Positions 18,655 to 29,835 of a stretch of 64,000 bases of DNA are shown in pieces; position 1 is the first letter of the stretch, and the number at the start of each line of letters is the position of its first letter. This DNA is from an uncultured delta proteobacterium. Lineage in GTDB: Bacteria > Desulfobacterota > Desulfomonilia > UBA1062. The stretch spans positions 64,001 through 128,000 of the forward strand of contig CAWAUM010000005.1 of assembly GCA_963785235.1 (NCBI GenBank). The letters run 5' to 3'. Made by a program: the position numbers and the translations under genes. Below the pieces are notes generated by a model. That model did no database searches. It was not told where the DNA came from and saw only the letters and a program-made list of their open reading frames with translations.

Positions 18655-19332
18655 TCAAATCGGCATGATGCATTCTGCTGAATCGTTTCTGGGGGTGTTA
18701 ACAAGGGTGGATATCCGAAAAATTTCCATCTCCTGGGCGGTATCCGGCTTAAGGCAATTCATCAAGGTGCGCTCCGGAACCTCCTTTTCACTCAACCATA
18801 TCTTGTGATGCTCAGGATTGAGGATTACCGGCATACGGTTGTGGACTTCGGCTATCAAGGTATTGGCAACGGTAGTGATTATCGTGCTGGAAAGGATATT
18901 CTGCCCGGTCTGCTTGTCAGTCCACTTTTCCCACAGCCCGGCAAAACCGAAAGGGGCCCTGCTCTTGAGACGGATAAAGAAGGGTTCCTTGCCCTTGCCG
19001 GCGCCCTTCCACTCATAGAAGCCATCAGAGAGGATAATGCACCTGCGTTTTTGGAACGGGGTCTTGAATGAAGGTTTTGAAAGCAGGGTCTCAGCCCTTG
19101 CATTGATCATTTTGCTGCCCACAGCCCTGTCTTTGGCCCAGAAGGGGATGAGGCCCCAGTGGGTGAGCACAAGCCTCGGGACCTGGGTATTGAGCACGGT
19201 GAGGATGTTCTGGGTCGGTGCGATGTTATAGCGCACCGGGAACTCCGGAAAATCAGCAGCATCCAGCTCAAGATCAATAAAGCCAGCCCTGATCTTCTCG
19301 GGATTAGAGATCTGGATAAATCGGCCGCACAT
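18655..19332 (-). CDS. SRAP/YedK abasic-site processing protein
   Basis: N-terminal MCGRF, RYNIAP, INARAET, HNRMPVIL. Confidence 0.92.
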   Translation of the reverse strand: MCGRFIQISNPEKIRAGFIDLELDAADFPEFPVRYNIAPTQNILTVLNTQVPRLVLTHWGLIPFWAKDRAVGSKMINARAETLLSKPSFKTPFQKRRCIILSDGFYEWKGAGKGKEPFFIRLKSRAPFGFAGLWEKWTDKQTGQNILSSTIITTVANTLIAEVHNRMPVILNPEHHKIWLSEKEVPERTLMNCLKPDTAQEMEIFRISTLVNTPRNDSAECIMPI

Positions 19333-19339
19333 GGTGTAT

Positions 19340-19367
19340 AAGATACAGGATTCAAGATGCAGAATCC
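19340..19367. repeat. Four degenerate heptamer tandem repeats
   Basis: aagatac aggattc aagatgc agaatcc, in the short gap between divergent genes. Confidence 0.45.
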
Positions 19368-19376
19368 ACAAGACAG

Positions 19377-20045
19377 ATGAAAAGGAGTCAAGTTATGATG
19401 AGATCTGCTTGGATTGCGGTGGTGCTGACTGTTTTTTTTGTAGGTATCCTTCACGCTGAAGAACCGTGGACGCTTGCCAAAGAGGCTGAAGGCATAAAGG
19501 TTTTTACCAGGTCTGTGCCCGGCTCTGCAGCCAATGAGTTCAAGGGTATTGCTGAAATCGATGCACCCATTGAGGTGGTCGTGGAGGTCTTCAAGGATAT
19601 CCCTTCATTCACCCAGTGGTACGGCTTCTGTAAGGAGATAAAGCTCCTCAAGCATGACACGGAGAACCACAGGGTAATGTACTTTGTGTTGAAAACCATG
19701 GGCCCTGTAAAAGACCGTGACCTTGTGATGGAGGCTTTTGACAAGTTTGATAAACAAGCAGGCAAGAACACAATTGCCATTAAAGCCCTCAAGGAAGAAC
19801 TCGTTCCCATACAGGACAAGTACGTCCGTATGACGGATCTGAATGCCACTTATTCCATGGACCGTATAGACCAGGACAAGACGCATGTGGTCTACACCGT
19901 CAAGGCCGACCCGGCAGGCTACATACCTGCCTTCATATCGAATATCATCCAGAAAGACCAACCATTCCTCACCTTGAAGGGACTCAGAGAGATGGTCAAG
20001 AAGGACATGTATTACCAGAAGGCCGGGATCGTCCGGAAGAAGTGA
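19377..20045 (+). CDS. Secreted START-domain lipid-binding protein
   Basis: Signal peptide; WTLAKEAEGIKVFTR, PVKDRDLV, DPAGYIPAF. Confidence 0.85.
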   Translation: MKRSQVMMRSAWIAVVLTVFFVGILHAEEPWTLAKEAEGIKVFTRSVPGSAANEFKGIAEIDAPIEVVVEVFKDIPSFTQWYGFCKEIKLLKHDTENHRVMYFVLKTMGPVKDRDLVMEAFDKFDKQAGKNTIAIKALKEELVPIQDKYVRMTDLNATYSMDRIDQDKTHVVYTVKADPAGYIPAFISNIIQKDQPFLTLKGLREMVKKDMYYQKAGIVRKK

Positions 20046-20097
20046 TCGAGCAGAAGAATTACCGCACAAAGTATCGTTTTATGGAGGGCCTTGAGGC

Positions 20098-20643
20098 ATG
20101 GTTGATACTCCCGGACATGCGTCCCCAATGAAAACCTTCCGGTATTGCCCCGGCTGTGGGGCAAAGGGGATAGCCCTCCGGGGCGATCGATCGGTATTAT
20201 GTAAAAAATGCGGCTATCACTTCTATTTTAATATTGCAGCAGCGGTGGCCGGTCTTATAGAAGACGATATGGGCAGACTCCTTCTGACTGTTCGAGCCCA
20301 TGACCCGAAAAAAGGCGCCCTGGATCTGCCAGGCGGATTTGTTGATCGTGATGAAACTGCCGAGGATGCACTGAAAAGGGAGATAAAAGAAGAGCTGAAC
20401 CTCAAGGTAAAGATGTGTTCCTATTTCAAATCATTCCCCAACACCTACACCTATGACAGCATCACCTACAAGACCCTTGATTTCGCCTTTGCCTGCGAAG
20501 TGGAATCTTTCAAGGATCAGAAGCTTTCGGAAGAAATACATGACGTTCAATTTATTAAAACTGCTGATATTGACCTGAACAGCATCGGCTTCGATTCCAT
20601 CAGAAATATCGTTTCATCATATTTACAATTAAAAAAACGATAA
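20098..20643 (+). CDS. NUDIX hydrolase with N-terminal Zn ribbon
   Basis: YCPGCG...CKKCG; Nudix box GGFVDRDETAEDALKREIKEE. Confidence 0.88.
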   Translation: MVDTPGHASPMKTFRYCPGCGAKGIALRGDRSVLCKKCGYHFYFNIAAAVAGLIEDDMGRLLLTVRAHDPKKGALDLPGGFVDRDETAEDALKREIKEELNLKVKMCSYFKSFPNTYTYDSITYKTLDFAFACEVESFKDQKLSEEIHDVQFIKTADIDLNSIGFDSIRNIVSSYLQLKKR

Positions 20644-20685
20644 CCCATCCGCAGCTGCTAAAGCGTGCCGGATGGATGGAAGGAG

Positions 20686-20931
20686 ATGAGGTTGTCAAAA
20701 TTCTTCATCGAAATTTTACCCGAGCACTGCACGGGCTGCCTGAGATGCCAGCTGGCATGCTCTGAACAGTATACCAGAACCTTTAACCCGTCAGCGGCAC
20801 ACATACAGGTTGTCCTTAAAGGACCTGACTGCGAGATTTTCTTCACACCCGAATGCACCGGATGCGGTATCTGCGTAGACCACTGTTTCTATGATGCCCT
20901 GGTGAAGAAAGAACAGATGGTGAAATCATGA
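20686..20931 (+). CDS. Small 4Fe-4S ferredoxin
   Basis: CTGCLRCQLAC and CTGCGICVDHC; overlaps the AOR start. Confidence 0.85.
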   Translation: MRLSKFFIEILPEHCTGCLRCQLACSEQYTRTFNPSAAHIQVVLKGPDCEIFFTPECTGCGICVDHCFYDALVKKEQMVKS

Positions 20932-22826
20932 CCAGGGGAGGGTTTGCGGGCAGAATACTGGTTGTGGACCTGACAGACAAAACTATTCATAAGATCCCGC
21001 TGGATATGGTTATGGCAGAGCATTTCGGTGGCGGGCTGGGCCTGTGTATCAAGCTTGCCTACGACATACTCGATCCCCTATGCCATGCCTTGTCACCTGA
21101 GAATGCCATTGTCTTGGGCGCCGGGCCTCTTGTGGGGACCAGTCTTCCTGCCTCTTCACGGGTTTACGGTGTTACCAGGTTCCCGGGCAGCTCACGGATC
21201 GGCTGGTGCGGTGGAGGAGGCATGGCATTCGGCTGCCTCCTGAAGAATGCGGGATACGACCATATTATTATCAAGGGAAGCTCAAGCACACCCGTATACC
21301 TGAAGATTGTGGACGATGACATTGAGATCCGTGATGCCGCACAGTTGTGGGGAAAGGGCATTGGTGAAACGAACGAGCAGCTCCTGGATCAGCACGGAAG
21401 GCCTGCAGGCGTGATCTCCATCGGACAGGCAGGCGAGAATCGGGTTTCCTTTTCCATGGCCTATATCGACCGGATCTCTACTCTCGGAAGGGGCGGGTTC
21501 GGTGCAGTGATGGGTTCGAAAAACCTCAAGGCCATCGTGGTCAAAGGAACCAGGGGCATCCATGTTGCCGATTCCTCTTCCTACAGGGCCTTGAGCAGGG
21601 ATATCCTCGTGAAGATCCGGGCATATCCATACCTCAAGGAATGGCAGGACCTGGGCCTCCTCAAGTCGCTCCCCGTTGTGCCAAAGGGTGTTTACCATGG
21701 TCTCAAGCTTAGGAGGATTGCCTGTGTATCATGCCCCATCGGAGACAAGGACCTGATAAGGATCGGTGGTGCCGGATCGGAACAATTCATATGCTCAAGT
21801 TCTGCCGTGAATCTCTTCATGCCGCTTGTCTATGGATTCAAAGACCCCCTTGAGGCTGCAAGGTGTATTGCCGCGCTTGATGATTACGGCCTGGACATGT
21901 TCGAGTTCTTCGGCATCATGGCCTTTGCCAGGGTATTGCAGGACCAGGGCATCATACCTTCGGAAGATCTCTTCGACGTGACCTCACTATCATCCATGGG
22001 GACATGGGCAGGCAGGATCAGTAAAAGGGAAGGGCTGGGCCGTGTCCTGGCAGATGGCTTCAACGGCATGTTCAGTCATTTCGGCAGCCTGGCCGAGGGC
22101 CTTGCTCCGTGCACAGCAAAGGGGATGCTCACCTATGTAGGGCCGAACGGGCCGCTGCCATGGAACCTGTTCGGGAGCATGGAACTGGGACAGATCATGG
22201 ACCCGCGCGGTCCGCACGTAGGGGCCGGCGGGTCGCCCACATATTTTGCCAAACGGAGTCTTGATGTCTTCCCCCAGCACTTAAGGCGCATGGGGATGCC
22301 TGAAGAGGCTATCTCGCGCATACTCCCCGGTTCAGCTGCATCGCATAAATCCCAACCCATAACCTTACCGGGTGGACAGGATATGGGTGAGACGACCATT
22401 CCTGAACCTGAACAGGCATTGAAGATCGGCAGATTGCTGAAGTATTCCCACCAGTGGTTTACCATCCTGGGGAGCTTAGGCATATGTGCCAGGGCACAGA
22501 TCAATAGATTCTATGACGCCGGCCTGTGTGCGGAGCTCTATGAGGCGGTGACCGGGATCAAGACCGACCTCGATGCCCTCAGGATAAGGGCCGATCGTGC
22601 CTGGACCTTGTTGCATATGGCCAATGTCCGGGCAGGTTATTCAAGGAAAGACGACATAGTGCCTGAAAAGTGGTTCCAGGCCCCAGGGTTCCTGGAGTAT
22701 GTATCCGGCCGGCCATTGAACCCTGATGACGTGGAACGAATGATGGACGATTATTATGATGAGCAGGGGTGGGACAGTCAAACCGGGATCCCAACTCCGG
22801 AAAGATTGAAGGCGTTAGGGTTGTGA
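20928..22826 (+). CDS. Aldehyde:ferredoxin oxidoreductase family (W/Mo)
   Basis: GRILVVDL, SIGQAGEN, GRGGFGAVMGSKNLKA, YYDEQGWD..GIPT motifs. Confidence 0.9.
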   Translation: MTRGGFAGRILVVDLTDKTIHKIPLDMVMAEHFGGGLGLCIKLAYDILDPLCHALSPENAIVLGAGPLVGTSLPASSRVYGVTRFPGSSRIGWCGGGGMAFGCLLKNAGYDHIIIKGSSSTPVYLKIVDDDIEIRDAAQLWGKGIGETNEQLLDQHGRPAGVISIGQAGENRVSFSMAYIDRISTLGRGGFGAVMGSKNLKAIVVKGTRGIHVADSSSYRALSRDILVKIRAYPYLKEWQDLGLLKSLPVVPKGVYHGLKLRRIACVSCPIGDKDLIRIGGAGSEQFICSSSAVNLFMPLVYGFKDPLEAARCIAALDDYGLDMFEFFGIMAFARVLQDQGIIPSEDLFDVTSLSSMGTWAGRISKREGLGRVLADGFNGMFSHFGSLAEGLAPCTAKGMLTYVGPNGPLPWNLFGSMELGQIMDPRGPHVGAGGSPTYFAKRSLDVFPQHLRRMGMPEEAISRILPGSAASHKSQPITLPGGQDMGETTIPEPEQALKIGRLLKYSHQWFTILGSLGICARAQINRFYDAGLCAELYEAVTGIKTDLDALRIRADRAWTLLHMANVRAGYSRKDDIVPEKWFQAPGFLEYVSGRPLNPDDVERMMDDYYDEQGWDSQTGIPTPERLKALGL

Positions 22827-23026
22827 AATTAACCCTCTGCCTGGCGCCTATTTTCGGATCATTTCATTTGAGGTTATTACAAAACTTGATATAAGCTGTA
22901 ACCTCGTCACCCGCTTCCGTGGAGTTTGAACAGGTCGTAAAGATCCGGCCCCAACGTAGTTACGGTAGTCTTGCAATTGGCTCTTCTGTGAATATAGTAA
23001 CTATATCATGATCGAGGAGGGATAAA

Positions 23027-23608
23027 ATGGGCGATACAGGGTTTGATTTTCAGGGTTTCATGAATGATACAAAAGATGTACTCATATCACCAAAGAATTA
23101 TTTTGCATCGATGCAGAAAACAGGCGGTTTTGTCGACCCCGTCATCCGGGCTGCCATCTATGGATTCATTGCCGGTATATTCATTTTCATGTGGGGATTT
23201 CTGCATTTCAGCGCATTGTGGATGTACGGCGGAGGGATGGGTATAACGTCTTTAATCGTTTTCCCCATTTATGCAGTGATAGGGCTTTTCATCGGGAGTG
23301 TCATACTCCTGATCATATCAGCGATCTGCGGCGGATCAACCGATTTCGAGGCAAATGTCAGAGTAACCGCCTCTCTCATGGCGCTTTACCCTATCCAGGC
23401 ACTCCTAACATTTACCTCAGGCATAAGTATGTATCTCGGTGCTGTCGTAATTCTCCTTGTTTCGCTCTACGGCTTGTGGCTGTGCTTCAACGCCCTGGTG
23501 CAGGCACTATCTGCCAAGGAGTCTACGGCAAAGATCATCATGATAATCTTCGCGGTCTTCCCTCTACTGGGCCTCATCAATACGATCACCTGCCATCATA
23601 TGCCATAG
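23027..23608 (+). CDS. Yip1-family membrane protein
   Basis: VLISPKNYFASM start, ~5 TM segments, GGSTDFEA. Confidence 0.75.
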   Translation: MGDTGFDFQGFMNDTKDVLISPKNYFASMQKTGGFVDPVIRAAIYGFIAGIFIFMWGFLHFSALWMYGGGMGITSLIVFPIYAVIGLFIGSVILLIISAICGGSTDFEANVRVTASLMALYPIQALLTFTSGISMYLGAVVILLVSLYGLWLCFNALVQALSAKESTAKIIMIIFAVFPLLGLINTITCHHMP

Positions 23609-23762
23609 GGCGTCGGCGCCTATTCCTGGGCTTGCCGCGTCCACGGTGAATCCTGGAAACCGCCGGTCTTTTTCTTTGAGCTCCTCTGCGTGATATTCAT
23701 CATATTCTCTTGTTGAAAAATATCAGCCATGTCATTATTCAGTGGCTGCCCCGACAACCCCC

Positions 23763-24284
23763 TTACGGCCTGTTAAACACCGCCAGCATGCCGTCTTTCC
23801 TTTCCAGACTGTACATAAAGTTAATGCCCATAGTTCCCTTCTGCCCGTTCAGGGAACCACCTTTGTCTCCCATCTGCATGATGTCTGTCTTCCAGCCTTT
23901 TTCCTTCAAGGCGCCGGCATAGCCCTTGATGTCATCCCCATTAATATCAGCCAAATAGATATTAAATGTCCATATGCCCCCTTCTTCGTTAGTTTTGACT
24001 ACGCGCTGGATTTTGCCTGCGGTGAATTGCGGGACATCCTTGATCATCTCTGCGGGCCATGTGGCGGTTTCCGCCATCTCGGTCTTGGAACCATTCTCTT
24101 CAATTTGAACTTTTTGAACTTTGCCACCTTGTATTTTCACATCCACGTTTTTGCCGGTGGCAAGCTCTAATGCCTTCTCAGCCATCTTTTCTTCGGAACT
24201 CTTTTGGCTGCAGGCAGTCATCAGAAACAGGCTCAATGTAAAAATGGCCACCATAATCCCGATCCATCTTTTATCTGATGCCAT
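23763..24284 (-). CDS. Hypothetical lipoprotein
   Basis: Lipobox LMTAC after hydrophobic signal; GGAG RBS. Confidence 0.7.
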   Translation of the reverse strand: MASDKRWIGIMVAIFTLSLFLMTACSQKSSEEKMAEKALELATGKNVDVKIQGGKVQKVQIEENGSKTEMAETATWPAEMIKDVPQFTAGKIQRVVKTNEEGGIWTFNIYLADINGDDIKGYAGALKEKGWKTDIMQMGDKGGSLNGQKGTMGINFMYSLERKDGMLAVFNRP

Positions 24285-24506
24285 TTTCCCCCTCCTTTTA
24301 TTTGTATGAAACGAAGTACCTTCCAATCTTGTTGAAGGTTATCAAAGATTCCATGATGTGGTCTTACCGGGTGTAATCTCTTATGTTAATACCACGAGAA
24401 GTGTTCCAAATCTATATCAGAGTAGAGACCCTGCGATAGATCTTCAGTTCTCAATATAACAAAAGACTTATTTTCAACTTCAAAGGTATACTTGAGTATA
24501 ATGCAC

Positions 24507-25166
24507 CTATTTTTCGTTTTTATGGTGCTTGATCACCTGCCCCTTGACCATATAGATCACGTCCTCACAAATGTTGGTGGTGAGGTCTGCAATGCGCTCC
24601 AGGTTGCTTGCAATCTTCATGAGCTGCAGTGCCCGCTCGATGGTTGAGGGGTCTGATGTCATGAAGGTTATAAGCTCCCTGATGATCTGGGTGCGAAGGC
24701 CGTCTACAATGTTGTCCCGCTCGCATACGCTCCGCGCGAGCTCGGCATCCTCGTTGATAAAAGAGGTGATGCTGTCTGCAATCATGGTCTTCACCACATC
24801 CGCCATCCTGGGGATGTCGATGAGCGACTTAACCGGAGGCTGCTCAATGAGGAAGAGCCCGCTCTCGGCTATGGTTACGGCGTGGTCGCCTATCCGTTCC
24901 AGTGTGCTGTTGATGTGAAGGATCATGATGATGGTGCGTAGCGCCTTGCCTGTGGGCTGGTGCTGGGCGATTATTGATACGCTCTTTTCGTCGAGCTCGA
25001 TCTCGTAGGTGTTTGCCCTTGGTTCATCGAGCTGAATCACGTCATGAAGCAGATCCGGCTTCTTCACCTTCAGTCCGGTGATGCTCTGGTCCACCATGGA
25101 CTCCACCAGTGTTGCGAACTCCATGAGCGTCTTTTTCAAATTTATCAGTTTGGTCTCTTCTAACAT
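24507..25166 (-). CDS. phoU: Phosphate signalling protein PhoU
   Basis: LERIGDHA and LERIADLTTNICE repeats; downstream of pstB. Confidence 0.95.
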   Translation of the reverse strand: MLEETKLINLKKTLMEFATLVESMVDQSITGLKVKKPDLLHDVIQLDEPRANTYEIELDEKSVSIIAQHQPTGKALRTIIMILHINSTLERIGDHAVTIAESGLFLIEQPPVKSLIDIPRMADVVKTMIADSITSFINEDAELARSVCERDNIVDGLRTQIIRELITFMTSDPSTIERALQLMKIASNLERIADLTTNICEDVIYMVKGQVIKHHKNEK

Positions 25167-25175
25167 GAATGCTCC

Positions 25176-25937
25176 TTATCCGAATTTTCCGCTTAAATAT
25201 TCTTCTGTCATCCGCTGCCTGGGAACCGTGAAGATCTTTTCGGTACGGTCGTACTCGATGAGCTCGCCTATATACATGAATGCGGTGTAATCTGAAACAC
25301 GGGCCGCCTGCTGCATGTTGTGGGTGACAATCACAATGGTGTAGTCCTTTTTCAGCTCCAGGATCAGCTCCTCTATCTTGCGTGTGGAGATGGGGTCAAG
25401 ACTGGCGCAGGGTTCGTCAAACAGGATCACCTCGGGCTCGACCACCAGGCACCGTGCTATGCAGAGCCTCTGCTGCTGGCCGCCTGAGAGCTTGAGCGCA
25501 CTGTCGTTCAGGCGGTCTTTCACATCGTCATAAAGAGCTGCCTTTTTCAGCGAATCAATAACATGCTGTTCGATAAAGGACTTGTCCCTGATACCGCCGA
25601 TAATGAGTCCATAGGCCATGTTCTCGTAGATGGTCTTGGGGAAAGGATTCGGCTTCTGGAAGACCATGCCTACCCGGCGTCTCAGGTCCACCACATCGGT
25701 TTTCGGGTGGTTGATGTCAAGGCCGTCCATCAAGATCCGGCCTTCCACACGCGTTCCGGGAATGAGGTCGTTCATGCGGTTAATGAGTCTGATGAAGGTG
25801 GATTTGCCGCAGCCTGAAGGCCCGATAAAGGCGGTAACCTGTTTTTCATAGATATCCAGCGATATATCTTTTAATGCCTTGGTCTTTCCGTAGAAGAAAT
25901 TGATGTCGTGTGCGCTGATTTTTGTCTCAGGAGCCAT
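25176..25937 (-). CDS. pstB: Phosphate ABC ATPase
   Basis: [25 protein letters not shown]. Confidence 0.95.
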   Translation of the reverse strand: MAPETKISAHDINFFYGKTKALKDISLDIYEKQVTAFIGPSGCGKSTFIRLINRMNDLIPGTRVEGRILMDGLDINHPKTDVVDLRRRVGMVFQKPNPFPKTIYENMAYGLIIGGIRDKSFIEQHVIDSLKKAALYDDVKDRLNDSALKLSGGQQQRLCIARCLVVEPEVILFDEPCASLDPISTRKIEELILELKKDYTIVIVTHNMQQAARVSDYTAFMYIGELIEYDRTEKIFTVPRQRMTEEYLSGKFG

Positions 25938-26857
25938 AGGTAATCCTCTGTCTCTGTCTTAAGATAATGGCACATGCCGATATGGCAAGCACCAGTGCCA
26001 GCAGGATTAAGGCGCATCCATATGCGATGGTTGTCTGCACCTCAGGTCTGGTGCCCTCGGTCATGAGTGCATAGATGTGGTAGGGCAGGGCCATAACCTC
26101 GGAAAAAATGGAGTCCGGGTAGCCCCGCGTATAGAAGGTTGCTGCGGTAAACAGGATGGGAGCTGTCTCGCCTGCCACCCTGCCGATGTTTAAGATCACG
26201 CCCGGTGAGGATGCCCGGCAGGGCCGTGGGGAGCACCACCTTTTTGATGGTCTGCCAATGGGTGGCGCCCAGGGCGAGGGAGGCCTCCTTGTAGGACTGT
26301 GGGACGGCCAGGATCGCTTCCTGGGATGCGGAGATGATTCCGGGCAGGGCCATGATGCCAAGAGTCAGGCTGCCCGAGAGGATGCTCACCCCGAATCCGA
26401 ACAACTTCACAAAGACCGCGAATCCGAAAAGGCCGAACACTATGGAGGGGACACCTGCCAGATTGTTGATGGCCAGCCGAATGATATTTACCACAATGCT
26501 GCCGGGGCTGTATTCGCACAGGTAGATAGCGCTGGCCAGCCCAAGGGGCAGGGCAAAGGCAATGGCTCCAAGCGTGAGGTATAATGTACCCACAATGGCC
26601 GGAGCAACTCCGCCTTTAGTCATGGCCCTCCTGGGTACCTCGGTAAGGAACTCCCAGGAGATAACGGTTATTCCCCGTGAGAAGATGAAGTAGATGATGG
26701 AGCCTAAGAAAAACAGCGCCAAAAGGATGCAACCTATGAGGAATATGAATCCGAGGACCTGTGTGATGTCGGAAAGCCTGATGAGCTTTCGTTGTTGAAA
26801 GCTCCTTTCCGGACTTGTGCCTTCGAAGTTATCTGTGATGCCGTTTTGTGTCATCAT
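25927..26857 (-). CDS. pstA: Phosphate ABC permease PstA, with 1-bp insertion near 26202
   Basis: [13 protein letters not shown] in one frame; [15 protein letters not shown] continues in another after an extra G. Confidence 0.88.
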
Positions 26858-27765
26858 CTGCCGAGCCCCAGTTTTAGTCTGTACCTTCTGCTGATGATCT
26901 CTGCAGCGATATTTACACAAAGTGTGATCAGAAAGAGGATGAGTCCGATGGCAAAGAGCGCATTATAATGGAGGCTCCCCATCACGGCCTCGCCCATTTC
27001 TGCTGCTATGGTGGATGTCATGGGGCGAACCGGATCGAACATGCTTTTCGGCACCATGGCCGCGCCACCCGCCACCATGAGCACGGTCATGGTCTCGCCA
27101 ACGGCCCTGCCCATACCGAGGATAATGGCTGTGGAAATACCGGAACCCGCAGCAGGCATGACAACCTTGGTCAGTGTCTGCCACCGGTTGGCGCCGAGCG
27201 CCAGCGACGCCTCCCGGAAACTCCTGGGCACAAAGCTCAAGGCGTCTTCTGCAAGACTCGCCACCGTGGGGGTTGCCATGATTCCCAGCACCAGGCTCGC
27301 AGTGAAGGCGCACAGGCCTGTAGGTATACCGATGAGATCTTGCAGAAACGGGGCCACAATGACCATGCCGAAGAAACCGTACACGATGGAAGGGATGCCT
27401 GCCAGTATCTCGATGACAGGTTTCAGAAAAGCCCGTTGCCTATGGCTAGCAAGTTCATGGATGAACAGAGCTGTCCCTATACCGATGGGAACGCAGACCA
27501 CCATGGCGCCTGCCGTCACTGCGAATGAAGCTGCCACCAGGGGCCATATCCCGAATTCGGGCGGATCAAAGGTTGGATACCAGCTTTGTCCGAACAAGAA
27601 CGAGCCCGGGTTGACATGGGTGAAGATCGGCAATGATTCCCTGAGGAGGGTGAGGATTATGCCTACCAGGAACACGAGGGAAGTCAAGGCAAGAGTGGCA
27701 AAAACCCACTTATACATGCCCTCTTTTAAGGTTCTTAATGTTTTTGAGTTCACGATCAGGTTCAC
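26854..27765 (-). CDS. pstC: Phosphate ABC permease PstC
   Basis: ILAGIPSIVYGFFG, GRAVGETM motifs. Confidence 0.93.
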   Translation of the reverse strand: MNLIVNSKTLRTLKEGMYKWVFATLALTSLVFLVGIILTLLRESLPIFTHVNPGSFLFGQSWYPTFDPPEFGIWPLVAASFAVTAGAMVVCVPIGIGTALFIHELASHRQRAFLKPVIEILAGIPSIVYGFFGMVIVAPFLQDLIGIPTGLCAFTASLVLGIMATPTVASLAEDALSFVPRSFREASLALGANRWQTLTKVVMPAAGSGISTAIILGMGRAVGETMTVLMVAGGAAMVPKSMFDPVRPMTSTIAAEMGEAVMGSLHYNALFAIGLILFLITLCVNIAAEIISRRYRLKLGLGR

Positions 27766-27837
27766 TTTTAAGAGTATAGAGATTGATTGTTAAGTTAGAG
27801 TTAAGATCGGGTGAATTCTTTGTTAATGATTCACAGA

Positions 27838-27871
27838 GCAGGGAGAAAGGGCAAGGAGCCCTTTCTCCCTG
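27838..27871 (-). terminator. Hairpin after pstS
   Basis: agggagaaaggg...ccctttctccct. Confidence 0.6.
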
Positions 27872-27882
27872 TAGTAATATGG

Positions 27883-28721
27883 CTATTTCAGAACATCGAC
27901 AAAACCTTCTTCCTCGACGAGTTTCTGTCCTTCCTTGCTCAGGATGAAATCGATGAACTTCTGGACATTTCCCGCTGGTTTGCCGTTCGTATACACATAC
28001 AGGTATCTGGAAAGGGGATATTTCTCGGACTGGATGGTCTGTTTGGTGCATTCGATCTTGTCCACAGTCACGGCTTTTACCTTCGGGGTCAGATAGCCAT
28101 GTCCCACATAGCCGATGGCGCCCGGTGTCTGTGCCACAATCTGGGCAACAGCCTGGTTGGATGCAGTAGTAAGGGCATCGGGCCGTACCTTTTCCTTATT
28201 CAGTGCAAGGATTTCGAATGCCTCATAGGTGCCGCTCGATGTATCGCGGTTTACGACAACGATCTTTGCATTCTTGCCGCCGAGTTCGGACCAGTTTGAT
28301 ATCTTACCCGTGTAGATATCCTTGATCTGGGCCTTGGTCAGTGCCTTTAACTGAATTGGTCGGGTGAACGATTACCGCAATGCCGTCCAGGGCTATAGCG
28401 ATCTCATTGGGAATAACCCCTGAGGCCTTTGCCCTTTTCGACTTCTTCGGTCTTTATCTTACGGGAGGAGGTGGCGATATCCGTAGTCTTGTCAAGGAGT
28501 GAGGCAATTCCTACACCCGAACCTCCCCCCTGAACCGAGATCTTTATGCCGGGGTTCTTCTCCATGAATACCTCGGAGGCAACTTGTGCTACCGGCAATA
28601 TGGTTGTCGAGCCCTTGATGGTGATCTCACTGCCTGCTGCATGTATTATTGAGGCGGGCATGGCTATGATAAGGGCTGCCATAATAAACCAAAGAGTTTT
28701 TAAGCTGATATTTGTTCTCAT
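27883..28721 (-). CDS. pstS: Phosphate-binding protein PstS, with two 1-bp insertions (~28432, ~28347)
   Basis: KGSTT, GGGSGVG, then ALDGIAVIVHP, RDTSSGT, GAIGYV, YPLSRYLY across frames. Confidence 0.88.
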
Positions 28722-28763
28722 GAAAATCCTCCACTTATTTTTTCTTTATAATAGACATGGATA

Positions 28764-28801
28764 ATCAACGAAGGATGAAGATTATGTTAATTTACTGTGA
28801 A
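28764..28801 (-). promoter_or_regulatory. Pho-box-like 11-bp tandem repeats upstream of pstS
   Basis: atcaa/atgaa/gttaa/gtgaa at 28764, 28775, 28786, 28797 (exact 11-bp period). Confidence 0.75.
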
Positions 28802-28850
28802 GATTGTTCTTTCTTGATGAGCAGGAGTTCCCCATTCAGGTGTGGGTGCT

Positions 28851-29832
28851 TTAACGTACCAGGATATAGGTGACAGCGGATATTGCCGCCGCGGCAGGGA
28901 TGGTGAGGATCCAAGCCCACACGATGCGGCCTGCAACACCCCACTTCACCGCACTCATGCGCCGCAGCGAGCCCACACCCATGATGGAACCGGTGATGGT
29001 GTGGGTTGTACTGACAGGTATTCCCATCATCGTGGAGACGAAGAGGGTAATTGCCGCGCCTGTCTCTGCGCAGAAGCCATCCACCGGCTTGAGCTTGGCG
29101 ATCTTCTGACCCATGGTCTTCACGATACGCCATCCGCCGAACATGGTTCCGAGCGCAATGGCTGCCTGGCAGGAGATGACCACCCAGAACGGGATATAGA
29201 ATTTATCGCCAAGGAGGCCGGCACTGAACAACAGCCCTGCGATGATACCCATGGTCTTCTGTGCGTCATTACCTCCATGGCCCAGGCTGTATAACGCGGC
29301 TGATACGAGCTGGCCTTTACGGAAGATATGATCAACACTGCGGGGTGTAGATCTTCTGAATGCCCAGTAGACGATTACCCCGATTGCAAGACCAAGGCAG
29401 AGTCCCACTGTTGGTGAAATGAAGATGAATGAAATGGTCTTGATGATTCCCGACATGACAAGGGCATCGGGTCCGGCCTTTACCAGTGCCGCACCGACCA
29501 TACCCCCGATGAGGGCGTGGGAGGAACTCGTCGGAAGCCCGATAGTACCATGTAATGATATCCCACATGCATGCGCCTACCAGAGTGGCGAGGATAACGT
29601 TTGAGTCGATGATGCCCACATCAATGATCCCCTTGCCGATGGTGTTGGCCACGTGAAGACCCAGGAAGAGAAAGGCGATAAAGTTAAAGAAGGCAGCCCA
29701 GATGACGGCGTGTCGTGGTGAGAGAACGCGAGTAGAAACGACGGTGGCAATGGAGTTTGCAGAGTCATGAAATCCGTTCAGAAAATCAAACGTCAAGGCA
29801 AGAAGGATCAGGAAGGCTATGTAAAGGGTCAT
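28851..29832 (-). CDS. pit: PiT inorganic phosphate transporter, with 1-bp insertion near 29545
   Basis: NGFHDSANS, GLPTSSSHALIGG, HGGNDAQK, PVSTTH motifs. Confidence 0.88.
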
Positions 29833-29835
29833 TGT

